Shown piece by piece: positions 38,360 through 47,797 of a stretch of 64,000 nt of DNA. The notes under the pieces are model-generated. The model was not told where the DNA came from. It searched no databases and saw only the letters and a list, made by a program, of their open reading frames with translations. The translations under genes and the position numbers were made by a program. Source of the stretch: a virus; IMG/VR virus record IMGVR_UViG_3300044639_001193, positions 1 to 64,000 of that record; one strand, written 5' to 3'. Positions within the stretch are counted from its first letter, which is position 1, and the number at the start of each line of letters is the position of its first letter.

Positions 38360-38836
38360 ATGGCAAAAGAAAGACAACAATTTTCTGGCGTTTATAGAGG
38401 AACTATTGTAAACAATAGAGACCCTAAAAAACAGCGTCGGTTACAAGTAGAAGTCACAACTTCAGTAGGGCATTACACCGACTGGGTTTGGCCTATGGAG
38501 CCTGCCAACATAAGCACTGAAGTACCTGAAATTGGTCAAGGTGTTTGGATTCATTTCCAAGCAGCAGACCATGAGTATCCAGTATGGTTTGGCGCCTTTG
38601 GTAAACACCAAGGAAAAAGCAAAAAACTTTATGTTAAAGCGCTTGCGGATTCCGTAAATATTTCTACAGTAACAACTTATTTAAAAACAATTCAACAACC
38701 AGACGGAACTACCGAAGTAGATTTGATGGCAACTCTAGTTGCTATGGCAAACTCTTTAAAAAATTATGAAACCAGAATTGCCTCTTTAGAGACCCAAATT
38801 ACTCAAAAAGCAAGCACTAGCCATAGCCATCCATGA
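38360..38836 (+). CDS. baseplate spike, gp5/VgrG OB-fold
   Basis: GVYRG.IVNNRDP...RLQV, P.IGQGVWI.F...D..YPVW.G; C-terminal HSH. Confidence 0.85.
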   Translation: MAKERQQFSGVYRGTIVNNRDPKKQRRLQVEVTTSVGHYTDWVWPMEPANISTEVPEIGQGVWIHFQAADHEYPVWFGAFGKHQGKSKKLYVKALADSVNISTVTTYLKTIQQPDGTTEVDLMATLVAMANSLKNYETRIASLETQITQKASTSHSHP

Positions 38837-38899
38837 CTTTAGCCAGTAAATAAATGACAAAGACGAGAAAATACAAACAGATATTGAGAGGATAACCTA

Positions 38900-39448
38900 G
38901 TGCCAACATCACCCCTGTACCCAGGTGCCGTACGCAATTTTGGGTCTGACGTTGTTAACTTCACTGACACCATCCTTGCCGAGCACGTTAACTTTTTACG
39001 TGCTGAAGTTAACTCTATTGAAACAGTGCTTGGTACTTACTTAACCCTTAGTTCTGGTTGGAGTGGCTCGTTTACCCGTCCTAACATTTCTTACACTTGG
39101 GACAGTCTTAAGGACCGTCTTGCAAATATTGAGTATGGGTTAAACACTGCTTACTCAGCAAGAACTCCTATCGGGGGTAGCACGGGTCAAGTGTTAGTAA
39201 AATCTTCAAGTACCGATTACGACTTTGCTTGGACAACGTTTACTGGCCTTCCTTCACAGTCTACTAACACTGGAAAGTTTTTAACAACAGACGGCAGTTC
39301 TGCTTCTTGGGCATCTATTAGCCAAGTCCCAACTCAAACTGGTGAAAGTGGAAAATATTTAACTACAAATGGAACTAATGCTTCTTGGGCAACTGTTGAA
39401 GCATCTGGTGGCGCAAATGAATTTGTCCTAATGATGATGGGCGCATAA
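38900..39448 (+). CDS. short tail fibre-like protein
   Basis: GGSTGQVLVK.S.TDYD..W and two P.Q....GK.LTT.G..ASW repeats. Confidence 0.65.
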   Translation: MPTSPLYPGAVRNFGSDVVNFTDTILAEHVNFLRAEVNSIETVLGTYLTLSSGWSGSFTRPNISYTWDSLKDRLANIEYGLNTAYSARTPIGGSTGQVLVKSSSTDYDFAWTTFTGLPSQSTNTGKFLTTDGSSASWASISQVPTQTGESGKYLTTNGTNASWATVEASGGANEFVLMMMGA

Positions 39449-39461
39449 AGAAGGGCACTAA

Positions 39462-41411
39462 ATGTCAAAGTACGGCTATTCCGTATATGGGTACTCTAAA
39501 TACGGTATAACACCAAAGTTGGCTTACTCAGTTGAGCCAATGGATGTCAACGTGATTAAATTTCACGAAGTGTACGTTTCTTGGCAATTGCCAACAGGTG
39601 ATTTTACTCGTTTTCGTGTAGTTCGTAATCAAAATGCATACCCAGAAACAGCAGAAGATGGAATAATTATTTATGAATTACTTTCTACAGATGGTGAAAG
39701 CCTTGAAGGTAATTCAACTTTAAGGTATGACTTTTACGATGGTTCAGATAATCCTACACAACCAAGTATTGCTCCAGGACGCAATATTTTTTATCGTGTT
39801 TTTTTGTATACCTCAGATAATGTTTGGGTTAAAGCAGGGCAAATAAGCGAAGTAGTACCAGAAGATACTGGTGCAATTACAAAAATGATGGATTTATTAC
39901 CGCGTGTGTTGACCAGTTCAGTGCTAAGTCCTTTGGGCGTTATACAAGAAGACTCAGAGTTATATCAATTTTTAGACGGCCTTGCTTTTTCGTATGAACA
40001 AATGATGACTGAAATTAAACTAGCACGTCCTGCACATAACTTAGAAAACTCCAACTACAAAACAATTCCTGGAGAAGTGCTTAACTTAGGTTTAACCTCA
40101 GAAGCAAACATGCCAATGATTCGTCAACGTGCTTTGATACGTGAAGCAATTGGACTATATTCAAATAAAGGAACTGCTTTAGGCGTAGAAAATTACTCTG
40201 AAGCACTTACGGGATTTGCTCCCACAGTAACTACTTCTCCTAATTTGATGCTTTCAATTCAAGACTCTACGTTTTACGAAAGCACGGGACGTTGGGTTGC
40301 GGTTAACGCCACAATTTCATCATCTGATGAGATGGTTCCAAACAACGTTAACAAATCTATTGATTTGGTTTATACACTAAAAATTATAGCAGCCACTACT
40401 AGCGCCAGCATTTCTTTAGGTCTTGACGACCCAATAACTCAAGGGATTCCAGTTCAACCAAGTACTGAATACGTGTACAAAACAAACATAAAATGCCCAG
40501 CAAGTGGTAACGCTACTTTAAAAATAGAGTATTACGATAAAAATGGAACTGTAATATCAAATATTACTCAAGCAATTTCTGCAACAAATTCTTGGCAAAC
40601 AATTAGTAAAACTGCTACTTCTCCAAGTAATGCTTCTTACGTTGTGTTGTATGTTTTATTTAGTACAGCAACTACGTATTATGTAGACATGATTTATGTA
40701 GGGTCTACACCATTTGTTGAATACGATGAGGCACGTGCAACGACAATTCAACTGGCACCAACTTATGAGAATTACGTAGAGAACCCATCGTTTGAGGTAG
40801 ATGCTAGTAATTGGACTCTTACGGGGTTAACTTTTACTCAAGATGCTGATGTTCCGTTAGTAGGTTATCCAGGTTCATTTAGCGGAAAATTTGTTGCTGC
40901 TGGTGCTTGGACATTAGAGTGTGATTCAATTTTTCCTGTAGAAACAGGTATTTACTTTAACGTTTCTCACTACATAAAATCAGCAAATATGACGACTATG
41001 GATGTAACTATAGAACTATACGATGCCGATGATGAACTTGTAGACACTGCAGTTAGTTCTCATGACGTAACCAATACGTGGGAAAGAAGTTATACTTCTA
41101 TCCTTATCCCACCTGAGTCAACAGCGGTTTACGCAAAGGCTCGCCATGAAGGAACTGCTGGAACTTTCTACTTAGACATGGTTATGGCACAAGATACTTA
41201 TGCCCCAAGTGATTACTTTGACGGTTCTATGCCAGAACTAGTAGGAGCAATTTGGGAAGGCACCGCAAATGCCTCAACAAGCCTTTACTACCCAAATAAA
41301 TCTACTAAGATTTTACGCCTTGCCCAGACACTAAATGACTGGATGCCAATGAACTCTTGGTGGAGAATTACTACTCCTGCTGGATTGGAATATACCAACT
41401 TAGACGTGTAG
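39462..41411 (+). CDS. baseplate/tail protein (gpI-like region with carbohydrate-binding-like domains)
   Basis: KGTALGV wedge motif; NPSFE...W jelly-roll-like repeats. Confidence 0.65.
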   Translation: MSKYGYSVYGYSKYGITPKLAYSVEPMDVNVIKFHEVYVSWQLPTGDFTRFRVVRNQNAYPETAEDGIIIYELLSTDGESLEGNSTLRYDFYDGSDNPTQPSIAPGRNIFYRVFLYTSDNVWVKAGQISEVVPEDTGAITKMMDLLPRVLTSSVLSPLGVIQEDSELYQFLDGLAFSYEQMMTEIKLARPAHNLENSNYKTIPGEVLNLGLTSEANMPMIRQRALIREAIGLYSNKGTALGVENYSEALTGFAPTVTTSPNLMLSIQDSTFYESTGRWVAVNATISSSDEMVPNNVNKSIDLVYTLKIIAATTSASISLGLDDPITQGIPVQPSTEYVYKTNIKCPASGNATLKIEYYDKNGTVISNITQAISATNSWQTISKTATSPSNASYVVLYVLFSTATTYYVDMIYVGSTPFVEYDEARATTIQLAPTYENYVENPSFEVDASNWTLTGLTFTQDADVPLVGYPGSFSGKFVAAGAWTLECDSIFPVETGIYFNVSHYIKSANMTTMDVTIELYDADDELVDTAVSSHDVTNTWERSYTSILIPPESTAVYAKARHEGTAGTFYLDMVMAQDTYAPSDYFDGSMPELVGAIWEGTANASTSLYYPNKSTKILRLAQTLNDWMPMNSWWRITTPAGLEYTNLDV

Positions 41412-41414
41412 GCT
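41409..41414 (+). promoter_or_regulatory. -10 box of a putative leaderless transcript
   Basis: TAGGCT lies 7 nt upstream of ATG 41422 and there is no SD. Confidence 0.5.
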
Positions 41415-41421
41415 CTGCCGT

Positions 41422-41691
41422 ATGGCTGACCTATTTATATCAATAATCCTTGCAGGATTTGCTGTTACATTCGTTGTAGAACTACTGTCTTTAGTTACTT
41501 CGTGGTTCTTTCAAAAAGAAACGCTATATGCGGTTCTATCGCTTCCGCTTTCATTTGGAGCAATGTATGTGATGTACGACATTACTGATTACTTTTTTGT
41601 AACAGTACCAGCAACTGCTTTTATAGCGTTGATTCTTAAAAAGTATTTGAACACAAAGACAGTGACTAGCACTCGGTTAAACCGTTTATGA
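41422..41691 (+). CDS. small membrane protein (holin-like)
   Basis: Three hydrophobic segments and a basic C-terminus; located at the end of the tail module. Confidence 0.55.
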   Translation: MADLFISIILAGFAVTFVVELLSLVTSWFFQKETLYAVLSLPLSFGAMYVMYDITDYFFVTVPATAFIALILKKYLNTKTVTSTRLNRL

Positions 41692-42257
41692 AAATTGCTA
41701 TCTTTTCAGAACTTGATAAAGACGCACATGAAGGCGCACTTCAATTACTCACGAGGTATGCTAACAAGTCGCCCGAAGTTATTTTTCCAGTATCGGAAGA
41801 TAATCAACAGTTTGCAACCTCTGTAGGAAACCTCTGTAAGCAACTAGGCATAAGAACCACTGCTTACTGTAGTCACGAGTTCTTGCTGGCTGATGAGATT
41901 GAGTACGCCGATGACGAGGTAGTTGCTGTATTGCACCAGTTGGAAAAGGGTGATGCCATCGGCATACTCTGGCGAGATAGCGAGTACGACCATTTCGTAC
42001 TTCACAGTGTTGAAGACCTTGCCCTAGACGTTTGGGATATCACCAAGGGTCTATCTGCCATTGAGCACGCAAGCCTAGGTCCACTAGACCCAGATGCGTT
42101 GCGAGATGCCATGATGGATTCCTTTGAGGACTTTGTGGACTTGATGGCTACCTATGTCGCTGCTACAGTCCTGAGTTCTATCACGCAAGCCGTAGAGGAG
42201 AACATCCGCGATATGGTTGACAAGAAAGATATTTCACCATTTGATGAAGAACAGTAA
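41688..42257 (+). CDS. hypothetical protein
   Basis: ATGA overlap; 189-aa acidic ORF. Confidence 0.7.
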   Translation: MKIAIFSELDKDAHEGALQLLTRYANKSPEVIFPVSEDNQQFATSVGNLCKQLGIRTTAYCSHEFLLADEIEYADDEVVAVLHQLEKGDAIGILWRDSEYDHFVLHSVEDLALDVWDITKGLSAIEHASLGPLDPDALRDAMMDSFEDFVDLMATYVAATVLSSITQAVEENIRDMVDKKDISPFDEEQ

Positions 42258-42261
42258 AGCC

Positions 42262-43239
42262 GTGAACATCCCCTTAGAAGCCTATTCTGCTGAGATAACC
42301 GATTTTCAGTTCAGGCTACTAGCGGTTTTATGCCGTTTAGCGGGGCCTGGAGGCCTATTACAGACCTCCGTAGCCGAGTTGTGTGTAGCGACTAACAAAA
42401 AGAGCGACAAGACGGTCCGTACGGCCTTACAAGGCTTAGAGACGGCTGGACTTATCTACACCGAAGCCACCAAACGAGCCAACGGTTACCAGGGAAAGAA
42501 AATGATATTGGTAAAAAATTACCGTCTTGTGGATAACCCACCAGAGCAAACGGTAAAGAATTACCGCACCTCACATGACTACGTGACTAATAGTTACAAT
42601 AGCCAAATAGTAGATAAGCCATTAGTACCTAATAGCCAAGATAGTTATAAATTAAAAGAATCTGCAAACACGAAACGTGTTTCCACAAAGGAGATTGCTA
42701 TGCCTATGAAACAATACGACGATGGAGAAGATTTGGCAGGCTTTGGACTTGTGGAACCGACAGACCCACCAGCGGTCAGGGTTCGCAAAAGCGACCCCAA
42801 AACGCGGGGCAAGAGGCCGCAGCATGAGTGGACGTCTATGGACATCGCTGCTGAGTTTAGTTACCAAGTCGGGCGCCGATATCCTCTTTTACCAGGCACG
42901 GTCAACGTCGCCAAACTTGCAGGAGCCTTGCGAAAGTTCCGAGGCCAGTACAACACCTCAGCGTTAATTGAACTTGAGTTGCTTCGTCTGTTCATGGCAG
43001 ATGAACGTAACTTTAAAGATATCGGGGACGAAGCGCCTCACCTGTACAAGAAGTTCCTAGCATCCTTTGGCAAGAAGATGAACCAAGCCAGAGAGAACCT
43101 TGGGTTGAGCAAAGTAACAGCCAAGGTAGACACCACCCCAACCTCTGGTACGCTACTTGCCAGTGACGGGCGTGCATTCCAGAATTCATTATCTGGTCGT
43201 GCACAACTAGAGCGATACGAAAAACGATTGAAGGGTTAA
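42262..43239 (+). CDS. HTH-domain replication initiator-like protein
   Basis: N-terminal winged HTH (FRLLAVL...SVAELC....SDKTVRTALQGLE.AGLI); internal DNA repeats; upstream of a DnaC-like loader; GTG start inferred. Confidence 0.65.
   Translation: MNIPLEAYSAEITDFQFRLLAVLCRLAGPGGLLQTSVAELCVATNKKSDKTVRTALQGLETAGLIYTEATKRANGYQGKKMILVKNYRLVDNPPEQTVKNYRTSHDYVTNSYNSQIVDKPLVPNSQDSYKLKESANTKRVSTKEIAMPMKQYDDGEDLAGFGLVEPTDPPAVRVRKSDPKTRGKRPQHEWTSMDIAAEFSYQVGRRYPLLPGTVNVAKLAGALRKFRGQYNTSALIELELLRLFMADERNFKDIGDEAPHLYKKFLASFGKKMNQARENLGLSKVTAKVDTTPTSGTLLASDGRAFQNSLSGRAQLERYEKRLKG
42510..42687. other. candidate replication origin inside the initiator gene
   Basis: Two GGTAA-N4-TTACCG palindromic repeats (42510, 42552) flank a perfect DnaA box TGTGGATAA (42528-42536); AATAGCCAA repeats and an AT-rich tract follow. 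Confidence 0.5.
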
Positions 43240-43242
43240 CAC

Positions 43243-43548
43243 ATGGCTAAGAAAACAAGCAAGACGTTCACTGCAACTCTTGAACTGAATCCAGAAAAAG
43301 CAGGTGCATGGATGGCAACTGTTTTTGTAACGTACCTTGATACAACAGATACCTTGAACTCAATTCCAAACACAATCGGTGTTAGTGAACAGAGTGCATG
43401 GAAAAATGCATCTGCTGCAAAGCGTTGGATTAAAGTAAAGGTTCAAGAACTAACACCACGTAAGTCAGTAAAAATGACTGCAACAAAGTTTGATAAAATT
43501 ACAGAGAAGCCAAGTTCTTTCTCTGGCGTACTTGAATACAAGGAGTAA
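43243..43548 (+). CDS. hypothetical protein
   Basis: 101-aa ORF in the operon, with SD. Confidence 0.75.
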   Translation: MAKKTSKTFTATLELNPEKAGAWMATVFVTYLDTTDTLNSIPNTIGVSEQSAWKNASAAKRWIKVKVQELTPRKSVKMTATKFDKITEKPSSFSGVLEYKE

Positions 43549-43550
43549 AA

Positions 43551-43706
43551 ATGTTTCCAGGAGAACACCTACTAAAAGAAAAAGAAACTGCATTGCCAAA
43601 TCTAATGAAGGATGCTGATTTTCTAGAGTACCTAGAAGAGAACTCAGTACCAGAAGAAGAGACACAAATCGCGTTTGCTGCTTGGTTAAAAGAAAACCAA
43701 CAGTAA
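43551..43706 (+). CDS. 51-aa acidic hypothetical protein (not in the ORF track)
   Basis: MFPGEHLLKEKETALPNLMKDADFLEYLEENSVPEEETQIAFAAWLKENQQ*; AAGGAG SD. Confidence 0.7.
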   Translation: MFPGEHLLKEKETALPNLMKDADFLEYLEENSVPEEETQIAFAAWLKENQQ

Positions 43707-43709
43707 CAA

Positions 43710-43871
43710 ATGGGGTACAGCAGCGAGGAAATAGAGGAGGCGCTGATGAACCTTTTTAATCTAGGAATTGTTTCAGTAGATTACGATGAGAACTTGGAAG
43801 CAAGATTCTCAGTCAAAGATGATGCAAAGTTTGAAAATGCAATAAAGAAAGTGAGGGACAACGATGTATGA
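43710..43871 (+). CDS. 53-aa hypothetical protein (not in the ORF track)
   Basis: MGYSSEEIEEALMNLFNLGIVSVDYDENLEARFSVKDDAKFENAIKKVRDNDV*; fills the gap and overlaps the next start. Confidence 0.65.
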   Translation: MGYSSEEIEEALMNLFNLGIVSVDYDENLEARFSVKDDAKFENAIKKVRDNDV

Positions 43872-44586
43872 CGTCAACACTCTCTCGCCACTTAAGAAGC
43901 ATTGGTTACTTCGTACATCAAATATTCCACGACGTTTCCTAGGATTAGAACCAAGCGACATTATTGACCGTGTTGGTTCTTTTCCTATGGAAGTCAGTGG
44001 TTGGGTTGATGACGTTGCCCATAAGCAGGTTATTAAGCAGATTGGGCACATCGGTATCAACGGTGTCGGTCTTGTCTTTGATGGCGGCCCAGGGCTAGGC
44101 AAAACAACACATGCCGTAGTTGCTGCTATGGAAGTTATTCGCAACATGCCAGAGAACGAACTTGTAGCAGCAGATTTGATGGGTCTAAAGCAAAGTGATT
44201 ACGGACTGAGTTTTCGTCCCGTTTATTACATGACCTATCCAGAGTTTCTTTCTCGTAAGAAGTCATCTTTTGATGCAGACGTCGCAGACAAGCGAGAGAT
44301 GATGTACGAGTTAGATGGCTTCCATGGTCGTTCTAAGTTTGACTGGTTAAACGTAAGAGTACTTATTCTTGACGATTTAGGTAAAGAATACGGTTCTAAG
44401 TATGACGATACTTCTTTTGATGAAATTCTAAGACTTCGTTATGACAAAGGATTACCAACAATTGTTACTACGAATGTACGTTTAGAAAATTGGGAAGCAC
44501 AATATGGAGAAGCAATGGCGAGTTTCGCCAACGAAGCATTCATTAGAGTCCCTATCATTGGTTCAGACCTTAGAGGCGCCCAATGA
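43864..44586 (+). CDS. DnaC/IstB-like AAA+ ATPase (helicase loader)
   Basis: GGPGLGKT, LILDDLGKE and R....LPTIVTTN. Confidence 0.88.
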   Translation: MYDVNTLSPLKKHWLLRTSNIPRRFLGLEPSDIIDRVGSFPMEVSGWVDDVAHKQVIKQIGHIGINGVGLVFDGGPGLGKTTHAVVAAMEVIRNMPENELVAADLMGLKQSDYGLSFRPVYYMTYPEFLSRKKSSFDADVADKREMMYELDGFHGRSKFDWLNVRVLILDDLGKEYGSKYDDTSFDEILRLRYDKGLPTIVTTNVRLENWEAQYGEAMASFANEAFIRVPIIGSDLRGAQ

Positions 44587-44888
44587 AAGGACCTTCAATG
44601 AGTACTCAGTGGAGAACTGTGCAGCAGTTTATCTCTGCACAAGGTGCTGGTATTTTTGAAGTTGAGTTGGATACAGAAACAAAAGAAACACGTTGTAACT
44701 GTCCAGTGTGGGAAAAAAAGAAGTTGTGTAAACATGTAGCCTTTGTGAATACACGGATACAAACACGAGGTCATTACTCAATCACGGTACCGATTGAAGT
44801 TCCAGAAGAACTGGCAATTGAAGCAAACGAAAACCCTGATTCATTTAGAGAGTTCGTAGTTAACTACGCAAAAATAGAGGTGCTATGA
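44583..44888 (+). CDS. SWIM-type zinc finger protein
   Basis: CNCP......CKH motif. Confidence 0.75.
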   Translation: MKGPSMSTQWRTVQQFISAQGAGIFEVELDTETKETRCNCPVWEKKKLCKHVAFVNTRIQTRGHYSITVPIEVPEELAIEANENPDSFREFVVNYAKIEVL

Positions 44889-45301
44889 GAGGCGGAGACA
44901 TCTCCAATGTCTCATCTCCTCAGTGTATTGCTACAGCAACGCTTGTTATAAAACTAGTAGAAGAAGAAACACGTAAGTTCTTAAGCAAGCAAGTGGGATA
45001 CAAACTGGGCGAGATTGATATGCTGGCTGCAAACAAACTGTGGAGCATCTCTAACCAGTACGGGTTGTCTTTAGAACTTGCTGGATTTGCGGACGAGGGT
45101 TGGACAGAAGAACTCCTTGACAAAGCATTTGAGAAATTAGAGCGTAGGGTTGTCAACCCTTTTAACTATCACCAGTTGTATGAGAGCGTAGACGAGTTAG
45201 TCGGTACGCTCCCCTACCGTCCAAACCTAAAGGCTGTGGTTGATGTCTCTAACAGAGTTGCGCGATATGGCTCTGCTGGTGTACAAATAGACAATATCTA
45301 G
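44885..45301 (+). CDS. hypothetical protein
   Basis: ATGA-coupled 138-aa ORF. Confidence 0.75.
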   Translation: MRGGDISNVSSPQCIATATLVIKLVEEETRKFLSKQVGYKLGEIDMLAANKLWSISNQYGLSLELAGFADEGWTEELLDKAFEKLERRVVNPFNYHQLYESVDELVGTLPYRPNLKAVVDVSNRVARYGSAGVQIDNI

Positions 45302-45319
45302 TCCTTGAGGGAGGGCGCT

Positions 45320-45436
45320 ATGTTCGGTATCGCAAATACAAACTGTCCGATGTGTCATGCAAACACTATTGCACGAATCTACGTAAACGGTAACTCTTAT
45401 CTGCAGTGTCAAGAATGCGGGGAACGGTGGAAGTAA
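45320..45436 (+). CDS. 38-aa zinc-ribbon protein (not in the ORF track)
   Basis: MFGIANTNCPMCHANTIARIYVNGNSYLQCQECGERWK*; strong GGGAGG SD; abuts dnaB. Confidence 0.7.
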   Translation: MFGIANTNCPMCHANTIARIYVNGNSYLQCQECGERWK

Positions 45437-46690
45437 ATGTCTGCAGATAATGAACATCGGTTAGTCAGCAAGGTAATCAAAGAACGTGACATCACTCCCG
45501 CTTTACAACGCGGAGTTATGGAGGCATGGTTTCTAGATGAGGACAACCGTAAGGTTTGGTCTTTTGTACGAAAGCACTACAGCGAGTACAGCGAAGTTCC
45601 AACTGCAACTACTGTCCTAGACCATTACCCAAATTACAAAGTTCTTAATGTAGAAGATTCTGTTGACTATCTTTTGGACACGATGGTGGATTTTCGCCGT
45701 CGTATGCTCACACGTCAAGGTCTTGAAAATGCTGTTGAAGAACTGCAGAGCAACGACCACAACGCTGCACTCCTTGCTATGGAGAAAACTGTTGCAAAGG
45801 TTAACGAGCAAGGCGTATTGGGCACCCACGAAGTTGACTTAACTAAGAACACAGAAGAACGTTACAAGGAATATCAAGCAATTCAGAACCAAGAGTTTTT
45901 AGGTATACCTACAGGATTTAAAGATATTGATGAAGCAACTGCAGGATTACAGGGCGGACAATTAGTAACCATCATTGCACCACCTAAGACTGGTAAGTCA
46001 CAGGTTGCATTACAGATTGCTATTAACACGCATCAAATTGGCAAGACACCAATGTTTCAATCGTTTGAAATGAACAACCATGAGCAGCAACAACGTCACG
46101 ATGCAATGCGAGCACACATTGACCACGGACGTTTGCGACGAGGAAAGTTGTTACCAGCAGAAGAAAGTCGTTACATAGATACCCTCAACGCTATGGAGAA
46201 AGAGCATTCATTTCATTTGGTTGATGCCGTTAACGGTATTACCGTTTCAGCATTAGCCGCAAAGATTGAGCACTTAAAACCAGACATTGTATTTGTAGAC
46301 GGTGTGTATTTGATGATGGATGAGTTAACTGGCGAGATGAACACGCCAGGTGCCATTACTAACATCACTCGTGCGCTTAAGCGGTTAGCACAGCGCATTG
46401 ATAAGCCAATTGTTATTACTACTCAGACTCTTCTTTGGAAGATGCGTGCTGGAAAAGTTACTGCTGATTCAATCGGTTACTCATCATCATTCTTTCAAGA
46501 CTCAGATGTTATCTTAGGTCTAGAGCCTGTAGAAGAAGACGATTCAATTCGTTTATTAAAGGTCGTTGCTTCCCGTAACTGCCCACCAAAAGAAACTTCA
46601 TTAACTTGGAAGTGGGAAACAGGTTGTTTCCACGACGAATCAAAGATGATGAGTTGTGAGTTCTGTTCTAACTGGGGCGGAAATGGTTGA
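45437..46690 (+). CDS. dnaB: replicative DNA helicase (DnaB family)
   Basis: GIPTGF..ID....GLQGGQL, APPKTGKS, SFEM, IVFVDGVYLM, QDSDVI and ASRN motifs. Confidence 0.92.
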   Translation: MSADNEHRLVSKVIKERDITPALQRGVMEAWFLDEDNRKVWSFVRKHYSEYSEVPTATTVLDHYPNYKVLNVEDSVDYLLDTMVDFRRRMLTRQGLENAVEELQSNDHNAALLAMEKTVAKVNEQGVLGTHEVDLTKNTEERYKEYQAIQNQEFLGIPTGFKDIDEATAGLQGGQLVTIIAPPKTGKSQVALQIAINTHQIGKTPMFQSFEMNNHEQQQRHDAMRAHIDHGRLRRGKLLPAEESRYIDTLNAMEKEHSFHLVDAVNGITVSALAAKIEHLKPDIVFVDGVYLMMDELTGEMNTPGAITNITRALKRLAQRIDKPIVITTQTLLWKMRAGKVTADSIGYSSSFFQDSDVILGLEPVEEDDSIRLLKVVASRNCPPKETSLTWKWETGCFHDESKMMSCEFCSNWGGNG

Positions 46691-47621
46691 TGTTGAAAAG
46701 ATTCTTCTTAATTTAGACGTATCACTTACTGCTCAACGTAGTGATGAGGTGCAGGGCTATTGCCCTATGCATGAGAAACGCACAGGTAAAGAAGACCACA
46801 ATCCGTCTTGGTGGATTAACACCAACACTGGAGCACACATTTGTTTTTCTTGCGGTTACAAAGGAAACATTTACACATTAGTTGCTGACATCAAGGGCAT
46901 TGATTACTTTGATGCAAAAGACTATATCAATGAAGGCGCCGAGATTCCGTTGGATTCTCTAATGAAGAGAATCAAGGAGTTACCACAGTATGTTGCAGCA
47001 GATGAGCCAATCATCATGTCAGAAGCAAGACTTGCGGTTTACACAGACCCTCCTGAAAATGAATTACGTAAAAGATTCATCAAACCAACAGATGCAAAAC
47101 ATCACGGCATCTTATGGGATACAAATAACTCAGCCTGGATTCTCCCAATCCGTGACCCTAACAATTACACTCTTTGGGGATGGCAAGAAAAAGGTGCACG
47201 TGGTCGTTTCTTCCGTAACCAGCCGCAAGGTGTAAAGAAATCTAAAACTGTTTTTGGTGTAGAGGTTATGTCTACGGAAACTCTTATAGTTGTTGAATCA
47301 CCGCTTGACGTGCCTCGTCTTGCATCTGCGGGATACACAGGAGCCATATCTACTTTTGGCGCTATACCTAGTGAAGAACAAGCAAAGGTCATGAGAAGAG
47401 CACAGAGGGTTATAGCAGCCTTTGATAAAGATGAAGCAGGAAGACACGCCAATGAACTTATGCGTGGCTTTGCTCGCAAGTATGGTATTGAATTGTCCTA
47501 CTTCAATTACACAGGTATTGATGTTAAGGACCCAGGAGACATGACAGAGAGCCAAATTAAACAAGGCATAGAAACTGCTCGTGACATGATTTACGGCAAG
47601 GAAGCCTTTACATGGTCTTAG
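46683..47621 (+). CDS. dnaG: DNA primase (CHC2 zinc finger plus TOPRIM)
   Basis: CPMH...PS...CFSC; VVESPLD; FDKDEAG; KDPGD. Confidence 0.9.
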   Translation: MVDVEKILLNLDVSLTAQRSDEVQGYCPMHEKRTGKEDHNPSWWINTNTGAHICFSCGYKGNIYTLVADIKGIDYFDAKDYINEGAEIPLDSLMKRIKELPQYVAADEPIIMSEARLAVYTDPPENELRKRFIKPTDAKHHGILWDTNNSAWILPIRDPNNYTLWGWQEKGARGRFFRNQPQGVKKSKTVFGVEVMSTETLIVVESPLDVPRLASAGYTGAISTFGAIPSEEQAKVMRRAQRVIAAFDKDEAGRHANELMRGFARKYGIELSYFNYTGIDVKDPGDMTESQIKQGIETARDMIYGKEAFTWS

Positions 47622-47797
47622 ATGCTAGGGGTGTTCCTACCCATGCTTGTCCCAATTGTGGTGAACAAGTTTTTATTATTAGAGCAATGTTTTATGAGTA
47701 CGAAATTGCTATGTGGATGACAGATGGGGAATGTTCTGGTTGTGGAACATTGTTAACCGTACCTACACCATTGGATGACCCAGATGTTTACGGGTGA
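47612..47797 (+). CDS. small zinc-finger protein
   Basis: CPNCG...CSGCG. Confidence 0.7.
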   Translation: MVLDARGVPTHACPNCGEQVFIIRAMFYEYEIAMWMTDGECSGCGTLLTVPTPLDDPDVYG

